The notes beneath the pieces were generated by a model that was given only the letters and a program-made list of their open reading frames with translations, made no database searches and was not told the origin of the DNA. Shown one piece after another: positions 7,217 through 17,635 of a DNA stretch of 64,000 nt (position 1 is the first letter of the stretch; each line of letters opens with the position of its first letter). Origin of the DNA: an uncultured Actinomycetota bacterium (GTDB taxonomy: Bacteria; Actinomycetota; Actinomycetes; Propionibacteriales; Propionibacteriaceae); the NCBI GenBank assembly GCA_963731295.1, contig CAVSUP010000006.1:140827-204826 (forward strand), read 5' to 3'. The translations under genes and the position numbers were made by a program.

Positions 7217-9595
7217 TCAGCGGCGGCGGCCGAGCAACCCGCCGATGTACGCGGCAATGCAGCCGAGCAACGCCACCAACGCACCGATGTCGGGCCGGAC
7301 TCTGAATCCGAGGGCGCTCAGGGTCACGAAGACGGCGACCAGTAACACCACGCCGAGGAAGGCGGCCATCCGGGTCAGCCGCCCTTGACCGACGAGACCC
7401 CAGATCGCCAGCACCGCGAGCGCGATCATCACCAGCCCGGCTGAGATAATCTGCTCGGCCGGACCGAGATCGACGTTGAGCCGGAGCCGCCGGATGATGA
7501 CATTCAGGCCGATCTGGATCCCGCGCTGACCGCTGACCGCGTCCCAGGTCAGCAACGACCCGATGATCATCGCGAAGGCGCCGAACAGCGTCCAGAGCAC
7601 CCGGGCCACCGGGCGTTTCGACGCCGCCAGCTGGATCAGGCTTCCGGTCGCCTGAGCCGCCGACCGCCCGTCGCTCGCGGCAATCGTGATCGATCGGGTC
7701 AGCTCGCGGCCCGTCGCCCCGCGCGGCACCTCGACGGAGACCATGGTCCGGGCGAGTCGCCCCGGCGGCACGTCGAGGGTCGTTGGGGTGAAGCGGAAGC
7801 GGACCGCGTTCTCCGGGTCGTCGCCGGTCATCGTCACGCGGATCGGCTGCGCCCCGTTGCGGTTGTCGACGATCGCCGCCATCGATCCGCGGCGCCGGCC
7901 CCCCAACCGGAGCACGCTGGGATCCAGGCTGACGCCGAGCACCTCGATCGCCGCCCGGGACGACGTTTGCAGCAGGGAACCGCTCGCCTCCACCGTGCTG
8001 CGGCCATCGGTCGCCGTCACCCGGAGCTGTCGGCTCGACTCCTCGCCCGGCGCTGGGCGAGGAGCGTCCACCCGCACTCCGACGACCTGGACCTGCCCAG
8101 GACCGACATCCACATAGGGCGGGGAGAAGCCGAAGCGGACGATCCGCTCGGGATCGCTGCCCTCCAGATTCACCCGTACGCCGGCCCGGCCTCGCCGGTT
8201 GTCCACGACCACCTGGGCGTTCGCGCTGTCGGCATCGTGGACCCGGATCATCGCCGGGTCGAGACGCAAGCCGAGGGTCTCCATCGGCGACACGCTCGCT
8301 GTCTGCACGAAGGTCACGGTCGTGGTTGTGGTCCGGTTCCCGTACGTGGCGTCGATGGTGACCGGACGACTGACCTCGGTTCCGGCGTCCGGCATCGGGG
8401 CCTGCAGCCGGAAGTCGATCTGCGCCGTGCCGCCCGGCGGCACCCGCAGGGCGGGCTGCGACCAGTCCACCCGGACGACGCGTTCGGGGTCGACCGCGCG
8501 CAGCCGCAGCTCGATCCACTGCGTACCGCCCCGATTGTCCGCGACGAGCCGACCGTTGCCGATGATGGAGTCGCGGACCCGGAGCAGGCTGGGCTCGACC
8601 TCGAGCCGAACCAGCGGTTCCTCGCCGCGTACGGTCGTGGCCTGTTGCAAGGTGATCACGGCGTTGATGCTCCGCGTCCCGTCGAAGGCCGTGACGGTCA
8701 GGGACCGGCTGATCTCCTGGCCGGGCTCCGGCTCGGGCGCGGTGATGATCACGCGGGTCCGTTCGGCGGCCCCCGGGCCGAGGTCCAGCATCGGCGGAAC
8801 GAACCGGTATTGCACCGCGAGCTCCGGGTCGCTGCCCGACAGCCTGACGTGCTTGTCGGTGTTGCTGCGGGCGTTGTCCACGGTCAGCACGCATTCGACC
8901 GTGCCGCGATCCCGGACCCGCAGCAAGCTCGGTTCGACGTGCAGTTGGACCGGCGCGTCCACCACCGGCACCACGACTTGCAGGAGCAAATCGACGTGGG
9001 CCGGCGCCCAGCTCAGCGACCGGACCCGGATGACCACTTCGACCTGTTGCGCCGGGATCAGCTTCGTCGACGTGACCCGCAGCCGCACGGCGAGAGCCTC
9101 CTCGTCCCCCGGAAACAGCCGGAGCTGGTTCGCCTCGACGGCCAGCCAGCCCGGCGCGCCGATCGCTTCCACCGCATAGCCGTCGACGATCTCGGAGGCG
9201 TTCGCTACGCGCACGATCAGTGATGCCGGCTCCCCGGTCGCCGGGGCCACGATCTTCTGGGTGTCGGTCTTGGCTCGCAATCGGCCATCCGCCGGGTCGA
9301 CGGCGGCGGGTTCGACCGGTCGCACCGTGGTCGCCCAGGGGTCGTCAGCTGGCGGCCCGTGATCTGGTCGCCGTTGATCCGGTGCCCGGCGCCCCGTCGT
9401 ACCGGCTGGGCCGGGCGAGTCGGGCTGGACCGGCTTGGGGCCGGTGGGGTTCGGCTGGGTCGGGGTGCTGCGCTGCGACCCCGGATCGGGACGCGCCTCG
9501 ACCCGGTCCCAGCCCAGGAACGCATGGCAGGACCCGCAGAATTCGGTTCCGGCCGCGTTGCGCTCGCCGCACGACGCGCACACGTCATCAGCCAT
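7217..9595 (-). CDS. Zinc-ribbon + Pro-rich linker + five ~110 aa beta-sandwich (COG1470-like) repeats + C-terminal TM bundle, 792 aa
   Basis: CASCGERNAAGTEFCGSC; repeats xxLEVEPSLLRVRD...DN...SDPE...PPxLxVxPG; hydrophobic C-terminus; GGAG RBS before ATG 9595. Confidence 0.8.
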   Translation of the reverse strand: MADDVCASCGERNAAGTEFCGSCHAFLGWDRVEARPDPGSQRSTPTQPNPTGPKPVQPDSPGPAGTTGRRAPDQRRPDHGPPADDPWATTVRPVEPAAVDPADGRLRAKTDTQKIVAPATGEPASLIVRVANASEIVDGYAVEAIGAPGWLAVEANQLRLFPGDEEALAVRLRVTSTKLIPAQQVEVVIRVRSLSWAPAHVDLLLQVVVPVVDAPVQLHVEPSLLRVRDRGTVECVLTVDNARSNTDKHVRLSGSDPELAVQYRFVPPMLDLGPGAAERTRVIITAPEPEPGQEISRSLTVTAFDGTRSINAVITLQQATTVRGEEPLVRLEVEPSLLRVRDSIIGNGRLVADNRGGTQWIELRLRAVDPERVVRVDWSQPALRVPPGGTAQIDFRLQAPMPDAGTEVSRPVTIDATYGNRTTTTTVTFVQTASVSPMETLGLRLDPAMIRVHDADSANAQVVVDNRRGRAGVRVNLEGSDPERIVRFGFSPPYVDVGPGQVQVVGVRVDAPRPAPGEESSRQLRVTATDGRSTVEASGSLLQTSSRAAIEVLGVSLDPSVLRLGGRRRGSMAAIVDNRNGAQPIRVTMTGDDPENAVRFRFTPTTLDVPPGRLARTMVSVEVPRGATGRELTRSITIAASDGRSAAQATGSLIQLAASKRPVARVLWTLFGAFAMIIGSLLTWDAVSGQRGIQIGLNVIIRRLRLNVDLGPAEQIISAGLVMIALAVLAIWGLVGQGRLTRMAAFLGVVLLVAVFVTLSALGFRVRPDIGALVALLGCIAAYIGGLLGRRR

Positions 9596-9846
9596 CGCGC
9601 CGACCTCCTCCCCTGGGATGGGTAGGTGGGATGTGTACATACGATTTCCCTTCCAGCGTGAAGGGCGCCTCCCATCCTCGCGTACCTCGGCGGTTCCGTC
9701 ACCGACCGGCCGCGATGACTTTGCCTGCGATGACTTTGCCCGCGCCGGCCGGTCTACCAGATCGTCGAGCGCACCCACTAGTTCGGAGGGGCGACGGCAC
9801 CCGGTGATACTGATCCGCAGCAGATCGAAGACCTTCAGGAGATGAG

Positions 9847-10476
9847 ATGAACCAAACCGGCGTACGCGAGATGATCGCCGCCGAGCGTCGTGAGCAAGCC
9901 GAGATCTGGGCCAGGTTGACTCCGGCCCAGTGGGACAGCCCCTCGCTGTGTGCCGGGTGGCGGGTCCGCGAGGTGGCGGCGCACATCCTGATGCCGTTTC
10001 GCGCTTCGCTGCCCCAGGTGCTGGTCGGGATGATCAAGGCGCGCGGCAACTTCAATCGGTTGGCCGATCGGGCGGCCCGGCGCGACGCGGCGACCCTCTC
10101 GGTCGAGGAGCTCGCCACCCTTCGACGCGACAACGCCGAACACCCGTGGAAGCCTCCGGGCGGCGGCTACGAAGGCGCCTTGAGCCATGACCTGATCCAT
10201 GGTCTCGACATCAGCGTGGCCCTCGGGCTCGACCGCGCGGTCCCGCTCGATCGCCTGCAACGGGTGTTCGCGGGCACCACCGCGCGTCAGGTCACCTACT
10301 TCGGCGTCGACCTCGACGGCATCCGACTGCAAGCCGACGATCTGGACTGGACGTTCGGCACCGGCGAGCCGCTGACCGGAGCGGCTCAGGATCTGTTGCT
10401 CGTGCTGTGCGGTCGGAAGCTGCCGCCCGGACACCTCCAGGGCGCGTCGAGCGGTCGGTTCACCGCACCCAGCTGA
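9847..10476 (+). CDS. Maleylpyruvate isomerase family mycothiol-dependent enzyme (DinB/MDMPI)
   Basis: QWDSPSLCAGWRVREVAAH and LIHGLDI motifs. Confidence 0.88.
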   Translation: MNQTGVREMIAAERREQAEIWARLTPAQWDSPSLCAGWRVREVAAHILMPFRASLPQVLVGMIKARGNFNRLADRAARRDAATLSVEELATLRRDNAEHPWKPPGGGYEGALSHDLIHGLDISVALGLDRAVPLDRLQRVFAGTTARQVTYFGVDLDGIRLQADDLDWTFGTGEPLTGAAQDLLLVLCGRKLPPGHLQGASSGRFTAPS

Positions 10477-10552
10477 TCCGGAGAGATCCTGGTTGGTCCC
10501 CGGCTGATCCCGGCTGCGCCATCCGCTGCGGGACCGGTCAAGAATGGCGGCC

Positions 10553-12924
10553 ATGACCGAGCCGGCCGCTGACGTCCTGAACAGTCCCGCTCCCGACGTG
10601 TCCGATGATCAGGTGCGCGAAGTCCTCGTACGCGGCTGGGGTCGCGTGCCGGAACAGTTGCGGCGCCTCGGCAGCGAACGGGACGCCAACGTGCTGGTCG
10701 ATCGCGACGTCGTGCTCAAGATCTCCAACCCGGCCGAGAATCTTGCGGTGGTCCACCTGGAGATCGCCGCGATGAGGCACCTGGCCGCCGCTGATCCCGC
10801 GCTGGTGCTGCCGGCCACGATCGACGCCGTCGACGGGTCGCCGGTGACTCACCTCCTCGACCGGTCCGGTCGCCGTTGTCCCGCCCGGCTGATCACCGTC
10901 GTCGCCGGTACGCCGCTGGAGGGTCGAGCCGATCACCTCCGCGGTCGCCGAGCAGGTCGGCGCCCTGGCGGCCCGGGTCAGTGCCGGCGCTCTCCGGCTT
11001 CTTCCATCCGGCGGCCGGCCGGCTCCTGGACTGGGATGTCCGGCAGGCGGCGGGCGTGGTCCGCCGCCGGTCGAGCGACCCGGCGCTGATGGCTCTGGCG
11101 GACCGGATCGAGCCGGCGCTCGCCGCGGCCCGCCGCTTGCCCGGCGGGATCCAGCACGCCGACGTCACCCTGACCAATGTGCTGGCTGCCGGCGGTCAGG
11201 TCACCGGCATCATCGACTTCGGTGACCTGCACCACACCGCGGCCGTCTGCGACCTGGCCGTCACCGTCACCTCGGTGCTCCGGAACACGGCCGATGATCA
11301 GCCGACTGATCTCTGGAGTCTGGCCGCCGCCGTGCTGCGCGGCTATCAACGCCACCGCACGCTGAGCCCGGCCGAGGTCGACGTGCTCGGCGAGCTGGTG
11401 CTGGCCCGGCTCGCGTTGACCCTGGTCATCTCGGCCGACCGCGCCGCGTTGCACGGCGACAATCACGCGTACATCACCCAGTACGACCGAGCCAATCAAC
11501 GGGTCCTCGACACCCTCCGACCGCTGGCGCCGGCCGAGCTCGCCGAGCGACTGCACCGGTTGGCCGGCACCTCGACCAGCCCGATCGGGAATCTGGCCGC
11601 GCGGCGGGCCGCGGCGATGGGTGGGCCACTGGCGCCGCTGTTCTATCGCGAACCGCTCGACATCGTCCGCGGCGAGGGCCCGTGGCTGTTCGCTCGGGAC
11701 GGGCGTCGCTACCTCGACGCGTACAACAATGTCGCCGTCGTCGGCCACGCCCATCCGACGCTCACCTCGGCGGTGAGCCGGCAGCTCGGCACACTGAACA
11801 CCCACTCCCGCTACCTGCATCCTGGCATCGTCGAGCTGGCCGAGCGGCTGATCGCCACCATGCCGGCCGGCCTCGACACCTGCCTGTTCACCACCTCCGG
11901 CACCGAGGCCAACGAGCTGGCCTGGCGGCTGGCCACGACCTGGACCGGCGGCGACGGGGCGATCATCGCCGAGCACGCGTACCACGGCTCCACCGGGTGG
12001 ATGGCCGATCTGAGCTCCAACGAATGGCCGCTCGGCTATCGGCCGGACCGGGTCGCCACCTTCCGGGCGCCGGTGGGGCCGCCCGGTGAGCTGACCGAGG
12101 CGGAGGCGGCGGCCCGGATCGGCGCGGCCGCCGACGACCTCGTACGCGGCGGCTCCCGGTCGGCCCTGGTGCTGGCCGACAGCCAGTTCACCAGCGAGGG
12201 CATCCACAACGCACCGCCGGAGTTCTTCGCCGGACTGCTCGCCGGCAGCCACCAGGTCGGTGCACTGTTCCTGGCCGACGAGGTGCAGTCCGGCTTCGGG
12301 CGTAGCGGGCCGCAACTCTGGCGGTTCGCGCTATCCGGGATCACCCCGGACCTGGTGACCCTCGGCAAGCCGATGGGCGCCGGCTACCCGATCGGGGCCG
12401 TCATCACCCGGCGGGAGATCGCCGACAAACTGGCCTTCTCGTACGAGTATTTCTCCACCTTCGCCGCGACCCCCGCCGGGGCCGCCGCCGGACTGGCCGT
12501 GCTGGACATCCTCGAGACCGAGTCGATCGGTGCGTCCGCGGTTCGGGTCGGCGAGGAGCTGCGAACGCGGCTGGCTGACCTCCGCGCACGGCATCCGGTG
12601 CTCGGCGAGATTCGCGGCATCGGGCTGCTCGCCGGAGTCGACCTGCGAGCGCCGGACGGATCGGGCAGGCCGGATGGATCGGGCAGGCCGGATGGATCGG
12701 GCAGGGCGACCTTCGCCCGCGAGGTGCTGAATCGGCTCGTCGCTCGCGGTGTGCTCGCGGGCCTGACCGGGCCGCGGGGTGACGTGCTCAAGGTTCGGCC
12801 GCCACTCGTCTGGCAGTCGAGTCACGTCGCCCAGTTCATCGATGCGCTCGACGCGGCGCTCGGTGACGCCGGCGCTGGCTCGACGGCAACGCTGGCCGAT
12901 CCGGCGACTCAGACCACGGTCTGA
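10553..12924 (+). CDS. APH/hydroxylysine-kinase-like domain fused to class III PLP aminotransferase/phospho-lyase; two +1 frameshifts (~10928, ~10986)
   Basis: LGSERDAN, IQHADVTLTNVL, GIIDFGD (kinase); YLDAYNNV, DEVQSGFGR, TLGKPMGAG (class III); removing two bases gives a 790-codon frame. Confidence 0.8.
12651..12704 (+). repeat. In-frame 18 bp tandem repeat x3 (PDGSGR x3)
   Basis: GCCGGAYGGATCGGGCAG three times inside the aminotransferase domain. Confidence 0.9.
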
Positions 12925-12960
12925 CGTGACTGGCTTGGCGTCACGGCTATCGTCGAGGGC

Positions 12961-13089
12961 ATGAATCTCGTCAAGAACATTGTTCAGGGTGTCATCGTGG
13001 CCAAGGTCATCCAGGAGCTCAGCAAGCCCGAAAACCAGCGTCGGATCAAGGACGGCCTGCTCAAGGTCTCGAAGGCCGCTCGGCGCTGA
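12961..13089 (+). CDS. 42 aa basic small protein, not in the supplied ORF track
   Basis: MNLVKNIVQGVIVAKVIQELSKPENQRRIKDGLLKVSKAARR; GC-rich third positions; TATCGT -10 hexamer 7 nt before ATG. Confidence 0.7.
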   Translation: MNLVKNIVQGVIVAKVIQELSKPENQRRIKDGLLKVSKAARR

Positions 13090-13204
13090 TCACTGCCTCC
13101 GGTTCGGTCCCGCCGGCGCTCTCGTCGGCGCATTCCACCGGGACCGTTCCGGGCACCATCGACCAGACGCCCGGCCGGGTTCGCGCTTCTGGCATCGTGG
13201 GAGC

Positions 13205-14044
13205 GTGGCCGACTTCCGCGTACTCCTTGATGACGGCGTCCTGCTCGAGTCGCCCCGCTGGCACGACGACCGACTGCTCTTCTCCGACTGGGGCGCCCAG
13301 CAGATCGTCGCGGTCGATCTCGACGGCCAGGCGCAGGTCGTCACCGAGGTGCGGGCCATGCCGTTCTGCTTCGACCGGCTCGCGGACGGCAGCCTGGTCG
13401 TGGTCGCCAACGGCCAACTCCTGCGCCAGCAGCCGGACCACACGCTCACCGCGTACGCGGACCTCAGCGAGGTCTCGGCCAAGCCGTGGAACGACATCGT
13501 GGTCGACGGTCGTGGCAACATCTACGTCAACAACATCGGCTTCGACTTCGGTGAGGGTGATTTCGCACCCGGGTTGGTGGCCCACGTCGCCGGCGACGGC
13601 AGCGTGCGCCAGGTGGCCGGCGGTCTCGCCTTCCCGAACGGCATGGCGGTCAGTCGTGACGGATCGACCCTCATCGTCGCCGAGTCGTACGCCAACCGGC
13701 TTACCGCGTACGACATCGAGACTGACGGCAGCCTCAGCCAGCAGCGGGTCTGGGCCGAGCTGGGGGAGGGCAATGCCCCGGACGGGATCTGCGTCGACGC
13801 CGAGGACGCGATCTGGTTCGCGACGGTGCCGGGGGAGCGTTGTGTACGCGTCCGCGAGGGCGGTGAGGTGCTGGAGACGATCACCGCTGATCGCGGCTGC
13901 TTCGCCTGCATGCTCGGCGGCCCCGACGGCCGCACCCTGTTCGCCGTCGGCGCCAAGTGGCCAGAGGCGATGGGGGGACCCGGCCGGACCGGTCAGGTGC
14001 TGATGGCGGAAGTCACGGTGCCCGGGGCCGGCTGGCCGCACTGA
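13205..14044 (+). CDS. SMP-30/gluconolactonase/LRE family protein
   Basis: LLESPRWH, WNDIVVDGRGNIY, FPNGMA, APDGICVD motifs. Confidence 0.9.
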   Translation: MADFRVLLDDGVLLESPRWHDDRLLFSDWGAQQIVAVDLDGQAQVVTEVRAMPFCFDRLADGSLVVVANGQLLRQQPDHTLTAYADLSEVSAKPWNDIVVDGRGNIYVNNIGFDFGEGDFAPGLVAHVAGDGSVRQVAGGLAFPNGMAVSRDGSTLIVAESYANRLTAYDIETDGSLSQQRVWAELGEGNAPDGICVDAEDAIWFATVPGERCVRVREGGEVLETITADRGCFACMLGGPDGRTLFAVGAKWPEAMGGPGRTGQVLMAEVTVPGAGWPH

Positions 14045-14243
14045 ACGCGCCGGTTATCGTTCCGTGACCAGCCGCCGAACGTTGGATAACTCTTCGCCTC
14101 CAGCGGCTGATGGCTCGTGACTTCGTCCGACCGTCGACTTAGCCTGAACAAACGACGCGTGACGTCGATCACCACGCCGTCCCACCCGGCAACCGATCGC
14201 CCAATGCTGGCGTAGTGAAGACATGTTGACCCGGAGGCCCCCT

Positions 14244-15357
14244 ATGAACCGACGCCGACCACAGGTTGCGCTGCCGATCGCGCTAGCCGTCGGCTTGCTG
14301 CTGGCGCTCAGCGGCTGCGGGCCGGCGACGGAGCTCCTGAACCCCTCGGGGCCCGGGCCGTCCCAGGCCAGCCCGACAACGCAGGCCGAGCCGACCACCT
14401 CGCCGACCGCGACGCCGACCAGCCGACCGACCAAGAAGCCCGAGACCAGCAAGCCCCGCCCGGCCAAGCCGGCCGCCCTGCTGGAAAAGGGTGACCGGAG
14501 TCGCCAGGTGCGCGAGCTCCAGCATCGGTTGCGCCAGCTCGACTGGTTCGCCGGTTCGATCACCGGCGTCTACGGCAACCGGACGGTCCGCGCAGTCAAG
14601 GGCTTCCAGGCCAAGCGCAAGATCACCAAGACCGGCGCGGTCGATCGGGCCACCTGGACCGCCCTGGTCAAGCGCACTCGCAAGCCCACCAACGCCGAGC
14701 TGCACAACAAGCTGGTCGCGGGTCCCTCGATCATGAGCCAGGGATCATCCGGCGACCGCGTCCGTGATCTTCAAGCGCGGCTGAAGCAGATCGGTTGGTT
14801 CTCCGGGTCGGTGACCGGCACCTACGGCACCGCCACCGCGGGCAGCGTCCGAGGCTTCCAGGCCAAGCGGGCCATCCCGGTGACCGGCGCAGTCGATCAA
14901 CGCACCCTGGACCGGCTGCGCGCGATGACGCGGGACGCCGACCAACGACGAGCTGCACAACCGGGTTCCGAAGCCCTCGGCCAGCGGCCTCGACTCCCGG
15001 TGCCTGACCGGCCGGGCGCTCTGCATCAGCAAGGGGAACAACTCGCTGGTCTGGGTGGTCAACGGGAAGGCGCAACTCCGCGTGGACGTTCGCTTCGGCT
15101 CGTACGAGACCCCGACCCGGGAAGGCGCCTTCTCGGTCGGCTGGAAGTCCCGCAATCACGTGTCGACGATCTATCACACGCCGATGCCGTACGCGATGTT
15201 CTTCAGCGGTGGCCAGGCCGTCCACTACTCGGCCGATTTCGCCGCCCGCGGCTACAACGGGGCCTCGCACGGCTGCGTCAATGTCCGCAACCTGGCCGGC
15301 ATCCAGTCCCTGTTCAACCAGGTCCAGGTCGGCGACAAGGTGATCGTCTACCGCTGA
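14244..15357 (+). CDS. Lipoprotein with two peptidoglycan-binding domains and a C-terminal L,D-transpeptidase (YkuD) domain; one +1 frameshift (~14934)
   Basis: Lipobox LSGC; two LQxRLxQLxWF...VKGFQAKR PG-binding repeats; HYS...SHGCVN catalytic motif; removing one G gives 371 codons. Confidence 0.85.
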
Positions 15358-15412
15358 GCCGCTCTCCGGATGCCCGCCGGGATCCTCCGGTGTGGCCGGG
15401 CGGCCCGGGATC

Positions 15413-16180
15413 TCAGGCCCGCGCGGTAAGGGTGATCGGTCCGCTCGGGGTGATGGCGACGGTGTGCTCGGCGTGCGCGCCGCGGGAACCGTCCCGGCTG
15501 CGCAGCGTCCATCCGTCGTCGTCGGTGTAGATCTTGTCGGTGGTCTCGAGGAACCAGGGCTCGATGGCGATCACCAGGCCGGGGCGTAGGGTCAGCCCGC
15601 GACCCCGTCGGCCGTTGTTGGGTACGTGGGGGTCGCCGTGCATCGTCCGGCCGACGCCGTGCCCGCCGAATTCGGTGTTGATCTTGTAGCCGGCGTGTTG
15701 GGCGACCTTGGCGATAGCGAACGAGATGTCGCCGAGCTTGTTGCCGAGCTGAGCGGCCTCAATGCCCGCGACCAGGGCCTCCTCGGTGACGGCGATCAGT
15801 TGTTGATCTTGAGGCCGCGGCGTACCGACGATCACCGAGACGGCGGAGTCGGATACCCAACCTTCCACCGCACAAGCGAAGTCGAGGCTCAGCAGGTCGC
15901 CGTCGGCCAGCACGTAGTCATGCGGCAAGCCATGCAGCACGGCATCGTTGACCGACGTACACAACACCTTGCCGAACGGGCTGGCCCCGAAGGACGGGTG
16001 ATAGTCGATGTAGCAGGATTCGGCCCCACGATCCCGGATCATCCGATGGGCCAACTCGTCGAGTTCCAGCAGGTTGACGCCGACATCGGCGCTCTCCACG
16101 AGAGCGGTCAGCACCTCGCCGACGAAGCGTCCGGCGGGACGCATCTGCTCCAGTTCGGCTGGCGTTCGGTACTCGATCAC
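15413..16180 (-). CDS. map: Type I methionyl aminopeptidase
   Basis: CTSVNDAVLHGLP, FGGHGVG, VIAIEPW, AHAEHTVAIT. Confidence 0.95.
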   Translation of the reverse strand: MIEYRTPAELEQMRPAGRFVGEVLTALVESADVGVNLLELDELAHRMIRDRGAESCYIDYHPSFGASPFGKVLCTSVNDAVLHGLPHDYVLADGDLLSLDFACAVEGWVSDSAVSVIVGTPRPQDQQLIAVTEEALVAGIEAAQLGNKLGDISFAIAKVAQHAGYKINTEFGGHGVGRTMHGDPHVPNNGRRGRGLTLRPGLVIAIEPWFLETTDKIYTDDDGWTLRSRDGSRGAHAEHTVAITPSGPITLTARA

Positions 16181-16474
16181 CCTGTGATTGTGCCTCAACC
16201 GGTCGATGGCCCGACCTGGCCTCGCCGATGGTCGGTCCAGCGCGGCAGTGCAGCGGCCCGTCAGACACCTGACGTGCCACGCCCCTGGCGGCCGGTTGCT
16301 CGTCCGCGGTTCGCTGGCTGCCGCCGTGGTCGGCGCCGCGGTCACCGCGTCCGGGCAACAGCACTGACGCGCTGGAACCCTCCCCAAGCCCCGACCATGT
16401 ACCGCCAACGATCGACGGCGCGCCGACATTATTGCAGGAATCGACGCATTGGCCAAGCTCGTTAGAGTGACGGC

Positions 16475-17050
16475 GTGGCACTGCGGGATCGGCTCAGCTC
16501 CGTCCGGGATTGGCTGATCCTGACCGGAGTCGTCGTCGTGCTCGTCGCCCTCACGTGGCTGGTCGGCGGATTCCAGCCGGCGACGGCGACCGGCCGCTCG
16601 GTCGCGGTCGGCGAGCAGATCGAGTTGCAACGCTGGCAGCTCACCGTGCAGGCCGCCAGCTACACCGATCAGGCCCGGGCCGGATACGACGTGGAACCGC
16701 GGATCCGGATCGTCATGCAGGTGACGAACCTCGACCGGTCGAGCCAGCTGGCGCCGACCTCGAAGATGATCACCGTACGCGCAGGTAGTCGGGTGCTCAC
16801 CGAGGAACAGATCGCCACCAGCAATGAGCGGTCCTACAACTTCGACCCGGACGTGCCCGCAGCACTCGTCTACGACTTCCGCTGGCCGCCCGAGAACGCC
16901 GCTGACCCGCCGGTGCCGCCGGGCGAGATCACGGTGATCATTCGCGACGAACGCGAGGCCCAGAACTTCGTCTATGACCACTATCTGGTGGCCGGCGACG
17001 CGGTGGCCACGGTTCGGCTGGCCTGTCCGGACGTGCGGGTATCCCGATGA
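16475..17050 (+). CDS. Single-pass membrane protein with DUF4352/MPT63-like extracytoplasmic domain (paralog 1)
   Basis: N-terminal TM then beta-rich domain (VAVGEQIEL...IVMQVTN...LVYDF); TAGAGT hexamer 6 nt before GTG. Confidence 0.6.
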   Translation: MALRDRLSSVRDWLILTGVVVVLVALTWLVGGFQPATATGRSVAVGEQIELQRWQLTVQAASYTDQARAGYDVEPRIRIVMQVTNLDRSSQLAPTSKMITVRAGSRVLTEEQIATSNERSYNFDPDVPAALVYDFRWPPENAADPPVPPGEITVIIRDEREAQNFVYDHYLVAGDAVATVRLACPDVRVSR

Positions 17051-17635
17051 TCGCGCCGGTCCCGTCAAGGCGACGCAGGCGCAGCCACCCGGTGCTGGGG
17101 TTAGCCGCCTGCCTGCTCGTGATCGCGGTGCTGGTGGCGATCCGGCCCGATCCGGTCACGGATTTCCGTCGCAGCTATGCCGATGTCGCGCTCAACCAGC
17201 CCGGTCGCTTGCGGACGTTCGACATCACGGTGACCGGAGTGCAGCGGGTGGCTGCCGTGCCGCGGAGCGCGGTGCCCTTCACCTCCGACCAGGCTCTGGT
17301 GGTGGTCGAGCTGGAAGGCTCGGCCCGAGTGGCGCCCAGCTACTTCAACAAGATCACCGTGACTCACCCGAGATGATCACTCCTACGATCCGCGGCCGGA
17401 GTTCTCCGGTGCGGCCCCGGGCCTCACGCAACCCGGCTTCACCACTTCGGGAAGCCTGGTCTTCGAAGTGCCGCCGTCCCGGCTGGCCGGGGCCCGGCTG
17501 CTGGTCGACCCGGACGGAGCCGAGTTCGACGCGTACGACGCGGCCGTGCGGGTCAATCTCGGGCTGTCCGCAGCCACCCCGATCGAGACCCTCACCGATC
17601 CCTTGCTGAACGCAACCAGCCGGGTGACCTCATGA
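17047..17635 (+). CDS. Single-pass membrane protein, DUF4352-like (paralog 2); one +1 frameshift (~17365)
   Basis: TM anchor; after removing one C the frame continues QPGFTTSGSLVFEVPP to a TGA overlapping the next ATG (196 codons). Confidence 0.6.

Noticed and set aside
6622-7305. ORFs reading MILPFDRLRAR / LRQAQG / SLSLSKR
   Set aside because: Translations of the REP array, not plausible genes
14045-14243. c-di-AMP (ydaO) riboswitch expected before a cell-wall enzyme
   Set aside because: I could not find the conserved GAATC/GGGGAACC/CCCGTCAGCTAAC elements; an Rfam scan would settle it
16206-16367. 53 aa ORF MARPGLADG...GQQH divergent from map
   Set aside because: No RBS or recognisable motif, and weak codon bias
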